Shown here in pieces: positions 53,313-64,000 of a DNA stretch of 64,000 nucleotides. The notes under the pieces were generated by a model that ran no database searches, had not been told where the DNA came from, and saw only the letters and a program-made list of their open reading frames with translations. The stretch comes from an uncultured bacterium (lineage in GTDB: Bacteria; Acidobacteriota; Thermoanaerobaculia; Multivoradales; JAHZIX01). The translations under genes and the position numbers were made by a program. The stretch lies in the NCBI GenBank assembly GCA_965368975.1, contig CBDUPA010000002.1, positions 352,001 to 416,000 of the forward strand, in the 5' to 3' direction. Positions within the stretch are counted from its first letter, which is position 1. Every line of letters begins with the position of its first letter.

Positions 53313-55589
53313 TCAGGACTCAGGTCGCGCCAGACGGGTCAGCAGCTGGACGTACTGGTCGCAGACCCGAGGCCAAGAATACACCGTTTGCGCACGTTTG
53401 GCAGCTGCGGCCCCGTGGCGCCGCGCCTGCTCCGGCTGCAACCGCAGATCGTCGAGCACGGCGGCCAGCGAAGCCAGATCACTGGCCTGGAAGTAGAGCC
53501 CGCTGTCGGCCGCGACTTCACGATTCTCGGGCGTGTCATTGACCACCGGGCAGCAGCCGTAGCCCATGGCCTCGACCAGTGCCGGATGTGTACCGCCAAC
53601 GTCAGTGGCGTGAATGTAGGCGAAGGCGCCGCTCAGCAGCTCGCGGTAGCCGCTGCCGTAGATCGGCCCGGGCACCAGGATGCGGGGATCTCGATCCTCG
53701 GACCAGGAACGGTTGAAGCTGGCAGCGTATGGAGCGCCACCGACCATCACCAACGGCAGGTCACCGCCGACCTGGCGATAGGCATTCGCGACCTGGTGCG
53801 GGTTGTTCTCCGGCTCGAAGCGACTGACGTATAGGAAGTAGCGGCCGGGTTCGAGGCCCAAGCGCGGTAGCACGTCCGGCGTCTGCGGCGGATCGGGATC
53901 GACACCGTAGGCGATATCGACCGACTCGGCACCATAGCGCCGCAAGTAGTGCTGGCGGATCACCTCGGCGTCGGTCACCAGGGCGTTGGGCAGACGGCAG
54001 GCCAGGCGCTCGGAAAGAGCGTAGACCATGCGGCCGAACCAGCCCCACTTGGCGCGCCGCTTCTCGATGCCGTCGACGTGCAGTGCCGTCGGCACGCCGG
54101 CCAGACGCAGCAGCGGCACGAAGAGAGCGTTGGCCGAGTTGACCAGCAAGGCCGCGTCGTAGCCACTGGCGGCGTTGCGACTCAGCCGGGCCCGTAGCTG
54201 GTGCCAGAGCACGTGCAGTCCACTGAGCAAGGTGTGCACCGGGGTGTCGAAGTACTTGCCGCGTAGCGTCGGCAGCACGACGAGACGCACCCCCTTGAAT
54301 TCACGCAGCTCGGGCGGCGTGACGTGACTCCGGCAGTAGACCGTGACTTGGTAGCCACGCCCCACCAAGCGCGTTGACAGCTCCTCCATCAACGTCTCGT
54401 AGCCGCCGTAGCGATTGGGGATACCGCGGCTGCCCAGGAGTGCGAAGTGCAGAGGCGAACCGGTAGCGGCCCCGGGAGAGTCAGTCGTCTGGGTCATGTC
54501 GAGCGAGGTTGGCGAGGCCGTCGGAAGAGGCAGGGATGTGTACTCGAACCAGCGGTCGATGTCGGCTTCGGGCACGGTACGGCGAGCTTGTAGCCACCGC
54601 CGTCGACGCAGGATACTCTGCCGCTGGCGCCAGAGCCAGCCATAGGCGGGCAGCGACGCGCGCTCGACCAGCAGCACGTAAGCCAGCGCCAGGATGTCGC
54701 GCACCAGAGTCGGCAGCAGGGTGCGCAGGAAGTTGCGCGGCGTCTGGTGGTAGGCGCGCAGCAGGTAGCGATTCTTGAGCGAGTGCAGGTTGACATAGGC
54801 TGGCATCTGACGCCGTCGCTCGGGCAGGTTGCAACGTCGGTGTACGGCCCGAGCTTTGGGTTCGTAGATCACCGCCCAGCCACGCTCGGCGAGCCGGAAA
54901 CACAGCTCGGCATCCTCGCGGAAAGAGTGAAACCAGGAGTCGAAGATTTCCCCCTTTGGCGCGACGTCTTCAAGGGCGGCATCCTCGAGAGCTACATCCT
55001 CGAGAGCAGTACGCAGCCACAGCGTGGCGGCACCAGTGCCGCCGAAGACCTGCTCGGCATGCGCGTAAAACCCACCGTCCGCCTCCCCCGAGCCACGGTC
55101 CAGGTGCCGCCACGTAGGCAGCAGGTACATACCGCAGGCGTCGAGGGTCGGCCGGGCCGCTTCATCGCAGCGTGTTCGCTCGCGCGTGAGACGTCCAGTG
55201 ACGGCACCGACCTGCAACTTGGGATTCGTAGCTCCGGGGGAACTGTAGACCAACGCCGTTTCGACCAGCCGCTCGACATAATCCGGGGCCGGACGTGCGT
55301 CGGCGTTGAGGGTGAGTAGCAGCGGCGCGTCGGTGGCGGCAAAGGCTTGATTCATCCCTGCCGCGAAGCCGAGATTGTCGTCGTTGGCCAGACAACGACC
55401 CACCAGCCACGAGGGCAGCGACCGCACAAGTTCGCGCGCCACTCGAGCGGAACCATCGGCACTGGCATTGTCGACCACGACCAGCTCCAGCGGCCGGAAG
55501 CTCTGCGCACACACCGCCTCGACGCAGGCGGGGAGGTCCTCGGCGTCGTTGTAGGTGACGATGCAGACGGCAACCTTCTGCGACTTCAT
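53313..55589 (-). CDS. Fused GT2 + GT4 glycosyltransferase
   Basis: GT2: VVVDNAS, NLGFAAG, LNAD, EDAELC; GT4: GSRGIPNRYGGYET, RFEPEN, ALVEAMGYG; ATGA-coupled. Confidence 0.9.
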   Translation of the reverse strand: MKSQKVAVCIVTYNDAEDLPACVEAVCAQSFRPLELVVVDNASADGSARVARELVRSLPSWLVGRCLANDDNLGFAAGMNQAFAATDAPLLLTLNADARPAPDYVERLVETALVYSSPGATNPKLQVGAVTGRLTRERTRCDEAARPTLDACGMYLLPTWRHLDRGSGEADGGFYAHAEQVFGGTGAATLWLRTALEDVALEDAALEDVAPKGEIFDSWFHSFREDAELCFRLAERGWAVIYEPKARAVHRRCNLPERRRQMPAYVNLHSLKNRYLLRAYHQTPRNFLRTLLPTLVRDILALAYVLLVERASLPAYGWLWRQRQSILRRRRWLQARRTVPEADIDRWFEYTSLPLPTASPTSLDMTQTTDSPGAATGSPLHFALLGSRGIPNRYGGYETLMEELSTRLVGRGYQVTVYCRSHVTPPELREFKGVRLVVLPTLRGKYFDTPVHTLLSGLHVLWHQLRARLSRNAASGYDAALLVNSANALFVPLLRLAGVPTALHVDGIEKRRAKWGWFGRMVYALSERLACRLPNALVTDAEVIRQHYLRRYGAESVDIAYGVDPDPPQTPDVLPRLGLEPGRYFLYVSRFEPENNPHQVANAYRQVGGDLPLVMVGGAPYAASFNRSWSEDRDPRILVPGPIYGSGYRELLSGAFAYIHATDVGGTHPALVEAMGYGCCPVVNDTPENREVAADSGLYFQASDLASLAAVLDDLRLQPEQARRHGAAAAKRAQTVYSWPRVCDQYVQLLTRLARPES

Positions 55590-56554
55590 GACGGCTCCCG
55601 AGGTCCCTGCATCCGCCCTGGATAGCGCCAGCCGGTCAACGCACCCGCGATCACCTGCAACAAGCCCTGTGCCGCCTGCCTTCGTGAAGCAGCACGGCGC
55701 GGACACCGTAGCGGCAGCAAGCACAGACGCAGCAGCATGCCTGCCGTGGTGGTGAAGGGCACCAGCAGGTGCCAGGGTCGATGGTGCTTGGCGAGGTAGC
55801 GCTGCAGATTCCGGTAGTAGATCCACAGGAAGCGACCGTAGCCGAGACGCGGCACGGTGCCACCCAGCTCATGCCGGAACACGGCGAGTGGATGGTAGCG
55901 CAGCTCCAGACCGGCATCCCACAGCCGCCGAGCCAGGTCGACATCCTCGAACCAGGCCGGCTGGAAACCCTCGTCCATGCCACCGACGGCTCGCAGGGCC
56001 TCCTTGCGTAGCAGCAGCACCGCCGCGGCAGGCTGCTCGACGCGCGCACCGGCTACCGGCTCGACGCGCGCACCGCCGCCCGCCGGCAGCAACAACGTCT
56101 GCAAGAGCAACGTCCAAGGCCGCGGCAAGGGGCGCAGCTGCCAGGCGTGCTGCGGCACGCCGTCCACTCCGAGCAGGCGCGGCGCCAGGCCGGCGGCGTC
56201 CGGATAGCGTTCCAGGCCGGCGAGTAGGGCCTCCAGCGCTGCCGGCTGTTGCGCGCTGGCGGCGACAGGTTCGGCATCTGGATTGAGCAGCAACACCACC
56301 GGCGCCCGGGCCACCTCGACGCCCGCGTTGACCGCGCCAGCAAAACCCAGGTTGCGCCCCGCGTCCAAGAAGTGAACGCCCGCAGCGCTGGGCTGGGCAT
56401 CGAGCAAGTCCCGCAACGGACTCGACGAACCGTTGTCGACCACCACCAGCTCGAAGCGCGGGTCCGCCGGCCAGGCGGCGAGCAGGCGTGCTAGCTGCTC
56501 CTCGTTGTGCCAGTGCACGACGATGCCGGTCAGTCGCGGCACCGTCGGGCTCAT
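55586..56554 (-). CDS. Glycosyltransferase family 2
   Basis: VVVDNGS, NLGFAGAVN, LLNPD, WFEDVDL. Confidence 0.9.
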   Translation of the reverse strand: MSPTVPRLTGIVVHWHNEEQLARLLAAWPADPRFELVVVDNGSSSPLRDLLDAQPSAAGVHFLDAGRNLGFAGAVNAGVEVARAPVVLLLNPDAEPVAASAQQPAALEALLAGLERYPDAAGLAPRLLGVDGVPQHAWQLRPLPRPWTLLLQTLLLPAGGGARVEPVAGARVEQPAAAVLLLRKEALRAVGGMDEGFQPAWFEDVDLARRLWDAGLELRYHPLAVFRHELGGTVPRLGYGRFLWIYYRNLQRYLAKHHRPWHLLVPFTTTAGMLLRLCLLPLRCPRRAASRRQAAQGLLQVIAGALTGWRYPGRMQGPREPS

Positions 56555-57579
56555 GCATCCCTCCGGAAACGAGAGTCGAAGAGGTCGTCGAGGCGCTGCC
56601 CGAAGTGGATATAGGACGGTAGATGCCGGAGTGCACGCATCCAGCCGCTCAGAATTCCGGTCACGTCGTCGACAGTACCGCGGAGGTCGGCTCGCACAGG
56701 GGAGCCCACCAGATCACCCACGTCACGCAGCAACAGACGGGGCAGGCAGAGCCCGTACGAGCGCCCTAGCGCGCGTGCCAGTACCAGGTGTCGGTTGCCG
56801 TAGAGCTGACGCAGCCGCCGGCGCGGACGCGTCTTGCCGGTGGTCGAAGCGGCATGCCAGGCCCGCGCCGCGGGCACCGTCCACGCCGTGCCGCACTGAC
56901 GCAGTCGACACGCCAGGTCGACATCCTCGTAGTAGGACTCCAGTTGGCCATCGAACACGCCTTTCGAAGCCCCACCCGTCAGGCGTACCGTCTCCAACGC
57001 CGACCGCCGGTAGAGCGCCGCGGTCGCCGAAACACCGAAGACAGGGTGCGGCGGTGCGGTAGGACTTTCTGGCACCTCACCGTGGTCGATCTGCAGCGCC
57101 TGTAGCCAACGATTCCAGGCAATACCCGCACCGTCTGCCCGGGTTCCTGGGGCCTCCTCCAGCGGCAGAATCAACTTGTCCTTCGGCTCCGACGCCGGCT
57201 CCGACGGGGGTTGCCAGCGCAAGTTGATGCCTTGAACGGCGACCACGTCCGGGCGCACCGCGATCGCTTCGAGCAGCGCCGGCAGCCAATCCGGCATGAC
57301 GAGTACATCGTCGTTGACGGTCGCGATCCAGTCCCCCTGTGCTGCCTCTATACCGGCATTCGTGCCCCCGGCGAAGCCGAGATTGACGTCGAGACGGATC
57401 ACCTGATCCGCTTCGACGACATGCTCCCTCGGCACCGGCTCGGTACCCTGGTCGACGACGATCAGCTCCAGTTGCGCGTCGCCGGCACTGCGGCGTAGTG
57501 AGGCCAGGGTCGATGCCAGCCACGGACTGGCCCCGAGCGTCGGAATCACGGCGCTGACGCTCGGCGTCACGGTAGCCAC
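56551..57579 (-). CDS. Glycosyltransferase family 2
   Basis: IVVDQG, NLGFAGGTN, VNDD, YYEDVDL. Confidence 0.9.
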   Translation of the reverse strand: MATVTPSVSAVIPTLGASPWLASTLASLRRSAGDAQLELIVVDQGTEPVPREHVVEADQVIRLDVNLGFAGGTNAGIEAAQGDWIATVNDDVLVMPDWLPALLEAIAVRPDVVAVQGINLRWQPPSEPASEPKDKLILPLEEAPGTRADGAGIAWNRWLQALQIDHGEVPESPTAPPHPVFGVSATAALYRRSALETVRLTGGASKGVFDGQLESYYEDVDLACRLRQCGTAWTVPAARAWHAASTTGKTRPRRRLRQLYGNRHLVLARALGRSYGLCLPRLLLRDVGDLVGSPVRADLRGTVDDVTGILSGWMRALRHLPSYIHFGQRLDDLFDSRFRRDA

Positions 57580-59900
57580 TGCAGCTCCACGCGGTCGACG
57601 ACCACCGCCTCTTGGGGGATCCCATGGTCACCCGGGCGTCGCCACAGACGCGCGTGAACGACCAGCGGTTGCCCGTCGTCCGGCCACTCGACGGCTTCGC
57701 TTTCGAGCTCGATCCAGCCGGCGGCTGCCTGCTCCGGTGTCGGGTACCAGCGCGTGAGCACCTGGCGGCCGGCGCGGGCTTCCAGAAACACCCGCGGACT
57801 CGATGGCTCCTTGCACACGAAGTGCACCGCGACCCGGAGCCGCAGGCGTTGACCCGCCGGCCGCACCGGGGCTGACAGCCAGTTGCGGATGCGTAGTGCC
57901 CAACCGCCACGGAAGGACGGCCGCAGTAGAGCCCAGCGTTCCGGATACAGACGGCCACCCTCGTGATGCACGTAGGCGTCCTCGGCTTCGACCACGTGCG
58001 TTGGCCAGCGAGCCGCCGCTACCGGTAGCAGCGAAGCGACGAGCAACAGGAGCGTGGCAGCCGAGAGTAGCGAGGAGCCTGTCCCTCGTCTTCGTTTCGG
58101 CTCCTCGCCACGGCGGCCGGGCCAGGCCCACAGAAGCCCTGCCAGGGCAAGCGCCACCAGCGGCCAGAACCAAGAGGCCAGGCGCGGCCGCACAGCACTG
58201 GGGAAGAAGCGGATGGCGTCCTGGCCCCAGGCGAGACTCAGGTGGTCCAGCAGATGATGGCTGCCGGCCGCCAGGTTGTAGGTCCAGCCCGGTACTGCCA
58301 CCCACAGCGCCGTCGCGGTCAAGGTCGTGATTCCGAGCAGCGACACGAGCAAGCTGCGACCCGCAGAGCACTTCCGGCACTCAGAACGGTAGTGAAAACG
58401 GGCGAGCATGGGCACCAAGCACAGGGCCAGCAACGGCAAGGTAACCAGCGCATAGCGGAAAGGCGGCGCCCAACCCCCGTACCATTCGCCGCGCGGCAAC
58501 ACGGTAACCAGGTACGGCAAGAAGAGCAAAGCCGTGTGCACGGCCAGCCGACGGTGATGCCGCAGCACGGCCGGCGTCGCGGGTGCCAGCAGCAGCCAGA
58601 GCGGAGCGCAGAAGAAGAGACCAAAGGCGACATCGAAGAGCAGGCCCGAAGCACCCTTGAGATAGTCCTCCAGGGGATAGCGGTACAGTTCCAATTCTTC
58701 AGCGCTATGGACCTTGAGCGCGTTGCCAAAGACGAGATGATTGAACAGCAGCACACCACCTGCCAACAAGACCAGAATCGCTGTCAGGCCGAACCAACGA
58801 CGACGTTGCACTTGCGGTAGCCGACGGCCGCGCAGCAGCGCTAGCACCACCAGCGGCACCACCAGCAGCAGGAAGCGTAGCTTGAGCAGCGGCAGCGCGA
58901 GCAGCCACAACAAAGCCAGCAGCCAGCGTACCAGCGGGCGACCCGGTGCCGAGCGGCGCGTGAGATCGAGCACGGCGGTCAGCGCCAGCACCACCAGCAG
59001 CGCAGCCGGCACTTCGACCCACACCTGGTACGAGTAGCACAGTAGCGGCGGCGTGAAGGCGAGCAGGGCCCACGCCAGCAACAACGGTCCGCGACGCCGG
59101 CTCACTTCGGGATAGTGCCGTGCCAGGCGCAGTGTGGCCCACGAGAGCAAGGCACTGAGCAGGGCCATGGTGAGTAGGGCTCCATGCTTCGACGCGACTA
59201 GATACCCCGGCACCAGCAGGAGTGGCAGCAGCCAGTTGTGCCGCGAATATTGCTGCCCCTGCGCGCCGAGGGGATCGCCAAGCTGCGGTTCGAGCTGCCT
59301 GTTACTGAAGCTCAGGGCCGCCGATTCCGCGTACTCGTCGGCCAGGTCGACATCCAGATCGCTGATCAGGCTGTGCGTGACCAGCAGGTAGTAGGGCTCA
59401 TCGCCATCCGGCGGCCGCTCCTGCGTCGACCACGGCAAGAACGCCAGGTAGACGGCGAACGGCAACGCCACGAACGCCAGCGACGGCCGCCGGCAGTTGG
59501 CAGCCAGCAACGGCACCAGACGCGGCACCTGCCAGGCCAGGCGCACCGCCAGCAACACCACCAGGCCCGCGATCCAAACCGGCGCTGCATCGGGCAACGA
59601 GAGCATCGGTAGGCAGACGCCCAGCAGCGCCCAGAGCGAGAACAGAAACCAGAAAGGAGCAGTGCCGCCCCAGCCACCCGAGGTCGACAGTAGAATCGCG
59701 TGGCGCCCACCGGCGGCCCGGCGCTCGACCCAGAGCAAGAGGAGTGCGACGCAGGGTAGAACAGCGAGCGTCGAGGCCAACTCGGACGTGCCCTGCAGAA
59801 CCACACCGAGGAAGGCGCTGAGCGCCAGAGCCGCCGCAGCCTCGCTGACGACACGCTTGCCCCCACCCCAGCTGGCCAGCACCACCTGAGCCCGGTTCAC
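57567..59900 (-). CDS. Polytopic membrane protein, probable GT-C fold glycosyltransferase
   Basis: Many TM segments; PDGDEPYYL acidic loop; WYGGWAPPFRY; C-terminal soluble beta domain. Confidence 0.7.
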   Translation of the reverse strand: MNRAQVVLASWGGGKRVVSEAAAALALSAFLGVVLQGTSELASTLAVLPCVALLLLWVERRAAGGRHAILLSTSGGWGGTAPFWFLFSLWALLGVCLPMLSLPDAAPVWIAGLVVLLAVRLAWQVPRLVPLLAANCRRPSLAFVALPFAVYLAFLPWSTQERPPDGDEPYYLLVTHSLISDLDVDLADEYAESAALSFSNRQLEPQLGDPLGAQGQQYSRHNWLLPLLLVPGYLVASKHGALLTMALLSALLSWATLRLARHYPEVSRRRGPLLLAWALLAFTPPLLCYSYQVWVEVPAALLVVLALTAVLDLTRRSAPGRPLVRWLLALLWLLALPLLKLRFLLLVVPLVVLALLRGRRLPQVQRRRWFGLTAILVLLAGGVLLFNHLVFGNALKVHSAEELELYRYPLEDYLKGASGLLFDVAFGLFFCAPLWLLLAPATPAVLRHHRRLAVHTALLFLPYLVTVLPRGEWYGGWAPPFRYALVTLPLLALCLVPMLARFHYRSECRKCSAGRSLLVSLLGITTLTATALWVAVPGWTYNLAAGSHHLLDHLSLAWGQDAIRFFPSAVRPRLASWFWPLVALALAGLLWAWPGRRGEEPKRRRGTGSSLLSAATLLLLVASLLPVAAARWPTHVVEAEDAYVHHEGGRLYPERWALLRPSFRGGWALRIRNWLSAPVRPAGQRLRLRVAVHFVCKEPSSPRVFLEARAGRQVLTRWYPTPEQAAAGWIELESEAVEWPDDGQPLVVHARLWRRPGDHGIPQEAVVVDRVELQWLP

Positions 59901-59913
59901 GGTCGCGCCCCAT

Positions 59914-61614
59914 TCACGGCCACAGCTCCACGCGCATCAAGGTCACCACGACTTCCGGCGGCAGCGCAGGATGTCGACGAACTTCGAGGCGCCGGACCGG
60001 ACCCGGCTCGAGACGCGCCAAGCGGGCCCGGTAGCATTGGGCGAAGAAGGTGCCGCTGGCGGTGACGCGCGCCTGCCACAACACCGGCACGACCGGCTGC
60101 TGGCGGGCAACGTCCGGGCGCCGGGCAGCCCATTCACCAGTGTCCCGACCGGCATGCAGCTCTCCGACACGTTCGGCCCCCAGATAGATCTCGGCTACCG
60201 GCGTTCCCGCGGTCAACCCCAAGCTGTTGGCCAGATGGGTATCCAAGGTCACCGATCCGACAGACATCGCCGTCTCCAGCGAGATCTTCCAGACAGGCTG
60301 CTCCGCGCTCAGCTGCACGTCATCCTGCAGCACAACACTCGGTCCATGAACACCGCCCGCCAACCAGTGCGGCACGCTCGGCACTGCGCTGGTGATCGGC
60401 GGTCGCAGCCACGGATAGCCCGCGAGCAGCGCTACGGCCAGCAGGGTCGAGAGTGTCCAGGCGAGCTGCAGACGGTGCGGTCGATCGTGGCGAGAGGATC
60501 CGTCGCAATCTTCGGGACGATCCACCAACGACGGCGTTTCGGCGGGAGTCGACTCGGCGAGCGACAGAGCGAGCACCGCGAAGGCCAACGCTGCCGGATC
60601 CGAGACCCAGCGCAAGGCCAGTAGTGCGAGCAGCCAGGCGGTGAGCATTGGATAGATCCAGCCGCTCGAACGGCGCAACCAAAGGCACAGAAAAGGCAAC
60701 AGGATCAGCAGCCAGAGAGAGCTGGCCCCGGCGGCATCCCAGGCACGCACCGGTAGCCAAGAAGTGACGATGCCCGCGGCCACGACGCCCTCCGCCACCC
60801 ACACGAGGGCCAACAACGCGACGACCGGGACCAGCGGCCTTGCTACGATCGCCCGCACTCCGCGCAGCGCCGCCACTGCTCCGAGTAGGAGTAGCACAGC
60901 GAACGCGAATGCGGCTAGCCGCAAAGAACCTGCCAGGAGCAGGGCTCCGAGCAGCAGCACCAGTGGGCCCAGCATCCGACGCGCGGCAGCAAACGGTTGC
61001 CTGATGCCATCACGACCAGCCTCGACCGTCGCACTGACCGCCAGCGCGGCCGCAACCGCCGGGGTCCATCCCTGAGCCAAGCTCAGCACGGCACCCACAG
61101 GTATCAGGAGCCGGCACAGCGGCCAGCGGCCGGTGAACTGCAGCAGCGCCGAGACGCCCAGAATGGGGGGACCGACGAACTGGATCCCGCGGGGTAACGA
61201 GAGCGCTGCCGGCAGCAGAAGGTCAGCGCGCAACAGTGCCTGGGTGGCGAGCGCCAGCAACAGTAGGGTCGTCCAGCGTGGCGCCCGGCGCCAGGTCGGC
61301 CAACCGGCCACGGCGACAAGGCCGACGGCCAGCACCAGCACCAGACCGGTAGCGGCGCCCCGCGTCGGCCCCGCCGGCAGCGTCCAGGCCAGCACACCCA
61401 CCGCGGTGGCGGCCAGGGCCAGCACCGCCGTCGAACCAGCTCTGAAGCCCGAGCTTCCCGCTGTGAGCAAGGCCAGGGGGGCCAGGACGGCGAATGCCCA
61501 GATCGCGAGAAAACGCGTCTCGGCCGCGGCCGCCGGTTGCGGCGTTGCGGCGGCATACCCAGCGAGGGCAAAGACAACAGCGATGGGTAGAGCGCAGCGC
61601 GCGGCGTAATTCAC
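59914..61614 (-). CDS. Polytopic membrane hypothetical protein (start uncertain)
   Basis: Long ORF with many hydrophobic segments and C-terminal soluble domain; first gene of the glycosylation run; TACAAT upstream. Confidence 0.65.
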   Translation of the reverse strand: MNYAARCALPIAVVFALAGYAAATPQPAAAAETRFLAIWAFAVLAPLALLTAGSSGFRAGSTAVLALAATAVGVLAWTLPAGPTRGAATGLVLVLAVGLVAVAGWPTWRRAPRWTTLLLLALATQALLRADLLLPAALSLPRGIQFVGPPILGVSALLQFTGRWPLCRLLIPVGAVLSLAQGWTPAVAAALAVSATVEAGRDGIRQPFAAARRMLGPLVLLLGALLLAGSLRLAAFAFAVLLLLGAVAALRGVRAIVARPLVPVVALLALVWVAEGVVAAGIVTSWLPVRAWDAAGASSLWLLILLPFLCLWLRRSSGWIYPMLTAWLLALLALRWVSDPAALAFAVLALSLAESTPAETPSLVDRPEDCDGSSRHDRPHRLQLAWTLSTLLAVALLAGYPWLRPPITSAVPSVPHWLAGGVHGPSVVLQDDVQLSAEQPVWKISLETAMSVGSVTLDTHLANSLGLTAGTPVAEIYLGAERVGELHAGRDTGEWAARRPDVARQQPVVPVLWQARVTASGTFFAQCYRARLARLEPGPVRRLEVRRHPALPPEVVVTLMRVELWP

Positions 61615-61709
61615 AGCAGAGTCACTTCTGGAAACGGACCAGCATGGCGCGAGACCTCGAGAATTGTACCGTCCCGGCACCCTTCCGCGTTGACCGGGAG
61701 CACAGCTGA

Positions 61710-63053
<1,344 letters not shown>

Positions 63054-63130
63054 TCCACCGTAGCCGGCAGCGCCGGCGACCGGATGATCAGATCAGATAA
63101 ACTCCGGAGCACGGCGCAAGCCCACCTCGC

Positions 63131-63220
63131 GGAGGGGTGGCAGAGTGGTCGAATGCAGCGGTCTTGAAAACCGCCGTCGGTTCACGCCGACCGTGGGTTC
63201 GAATCCCACCCCCTCCGCCA
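63131..63220 (+). tRNA. tRNA-Ser (anticodon TGA), long variable arm, encoded CCA
   Basis: GGAGGGG acceptor pairs with CCCCTCC-G-CCA; anticodon arm GCGGT-CTTGAAA-ACCGC; GGTTCGAATCC T-arm. Confidence 0.96.
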
Positions 63221-63247
63221 ATCTTGCCGTTTCAGTGCCTCCCTGGT

Positions 63248-63910
63248 TCAGCGCGACGTCCGACGCAGGTACGCATCGAGCCGGATACGGTCTTCGGCGG
63301 TGAGGAGGCCATCGGGTAGCAGGAAGGTGTCACCTTCCCGTGGCAGTGGCACAGTGGTCGTGGAGAGGCCGCCTTCGATGCCGTCGCAAGCGCCGGTGCC
63401 AAGCGTGAGGAGAGAAAACTGGCGACAGGTAGCGACGATGCCCTTGGCCAGATCGCTGCGGATGCGCACCTCGACTTCCTCCTGCTGCATCTCGACGAGT
63501 TCGATCAGATAGCCCTCGTCGCCGCGCCGCATCCGGATCCGGCCGTTCAACTCGAGATTCTGAGCCGGCAGCACCACGCGGTCGTTGAGCTTCTGCACCA
63601 TGCCGCCGATTTCCAACTCGGCGATGAGATCCCCGTCACCTTCGAAGCGTGTCCACAGGCGGGCGTCGTGACTGCCGTCGGACCGTGGGGCGAGGGTCAG
63701 CTGGTGGCCGAGCAAGTGCAGGGAGTTGCGCGGCGAGCTGAGGCGTACGGTCATCGGCCCCTGCGACACCGGCACCATGTCCGAGGTGGGACGTGTGTAG
63801 CGGCCATTGACGCGCGCGAACTCGAAGTCGTCGGCAGCAGCCGGCAGGGGTACGAGCAGCGTCAGGCACAGTGTGAGGCACGAGCTGAGACGGGCGAACA
63901 AGTGGCGCAT
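63248..63910 (-). CDS. Secreted hypothetical protein
   Basis: SD GGAGG, signal peptide ending AAA, beta-rich body, C-terminal Cys pair. Confidence 0.7.
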   Translation of the reverse strand: MRHLFARLSSCLTLCLTLLVPLPAAADDFEFARVNGRYTRPTSDMVPVSQGPMTVRLSSPRNSLHLLGHQLTLAPRSDGSHDARLWTRFEGDGDLIAELEIGGMVQKLNDRVVLPAQNLELNGRIRMRRGDEGYLIELVEMQQEEVEVRIRSDLAKGIVATCRQFSLLTLGTGACDGIEGGLSTTTVPLPREGDTFLLPDGLLTAEDRIRLDAYLRRTSR

Positions 63911-64000
63911 GGGTGATCCTCCACCCAGAGAATACTCCATCCGTTGCAAGAGAGTTTCGGCCGCTAGTTGTAATAGCCCCGTGCCGTCCTCGCCTTCAGG

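Noticed and set aside
60788-60797. CCCTCCGCCA match to the tRNA-Ser 3' end as an att site
   Set aside because: Only 10 bp, inside a CDS, expected by chance at this GC, and no integrase

Overview
High-GC bacterial chromosomal window, most likely Acidobacteriota (inferred from an acidobacterial-type VWA protein, a kinase/TonB-C fusion, and DUF4388 and GT-C/sulfatase-like loci). Most of it is core genome: xth, smpB, yhbY, AddA-like helicase-nuclease, tdk, iscA, ruvC, yebC, accD, folC, serS plus tRNA-Ser(TGA), two fused 2-oxoacid dehydrogenase E1 alpha/beta genes, an exbB-exbD-exbD-tonB-DUF4388-TPR operon and a 12 kb surface-glycosylation locus. The most unusual block is 10981-19808, one co-oriented run of Get3/ArsA-HSP20 ATPase, a small amphipathic partner, a patatin lipase, a single hybrid-type PKS module with an apparently dead KR, and a stand-alone docking-domain luciferase-like monooxygenase. 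It has no loading module or thioesterase and ends at a convergent nucleotidyltransferase/small-protein pair. Also notable: a pseudo-receiver/Ser-Thr kinase/TM/TonB-C fusion, recurrent 15-bp in-frame micro-duplications in unrelated genes, probable leaderless promoters, sigma-54 sites and a catalytically degenerate HAD coupled to tdk. No CRISPR array, rRNA, transposase or integrase was seen. All family calls come from motif recognition by eye, not database searches.
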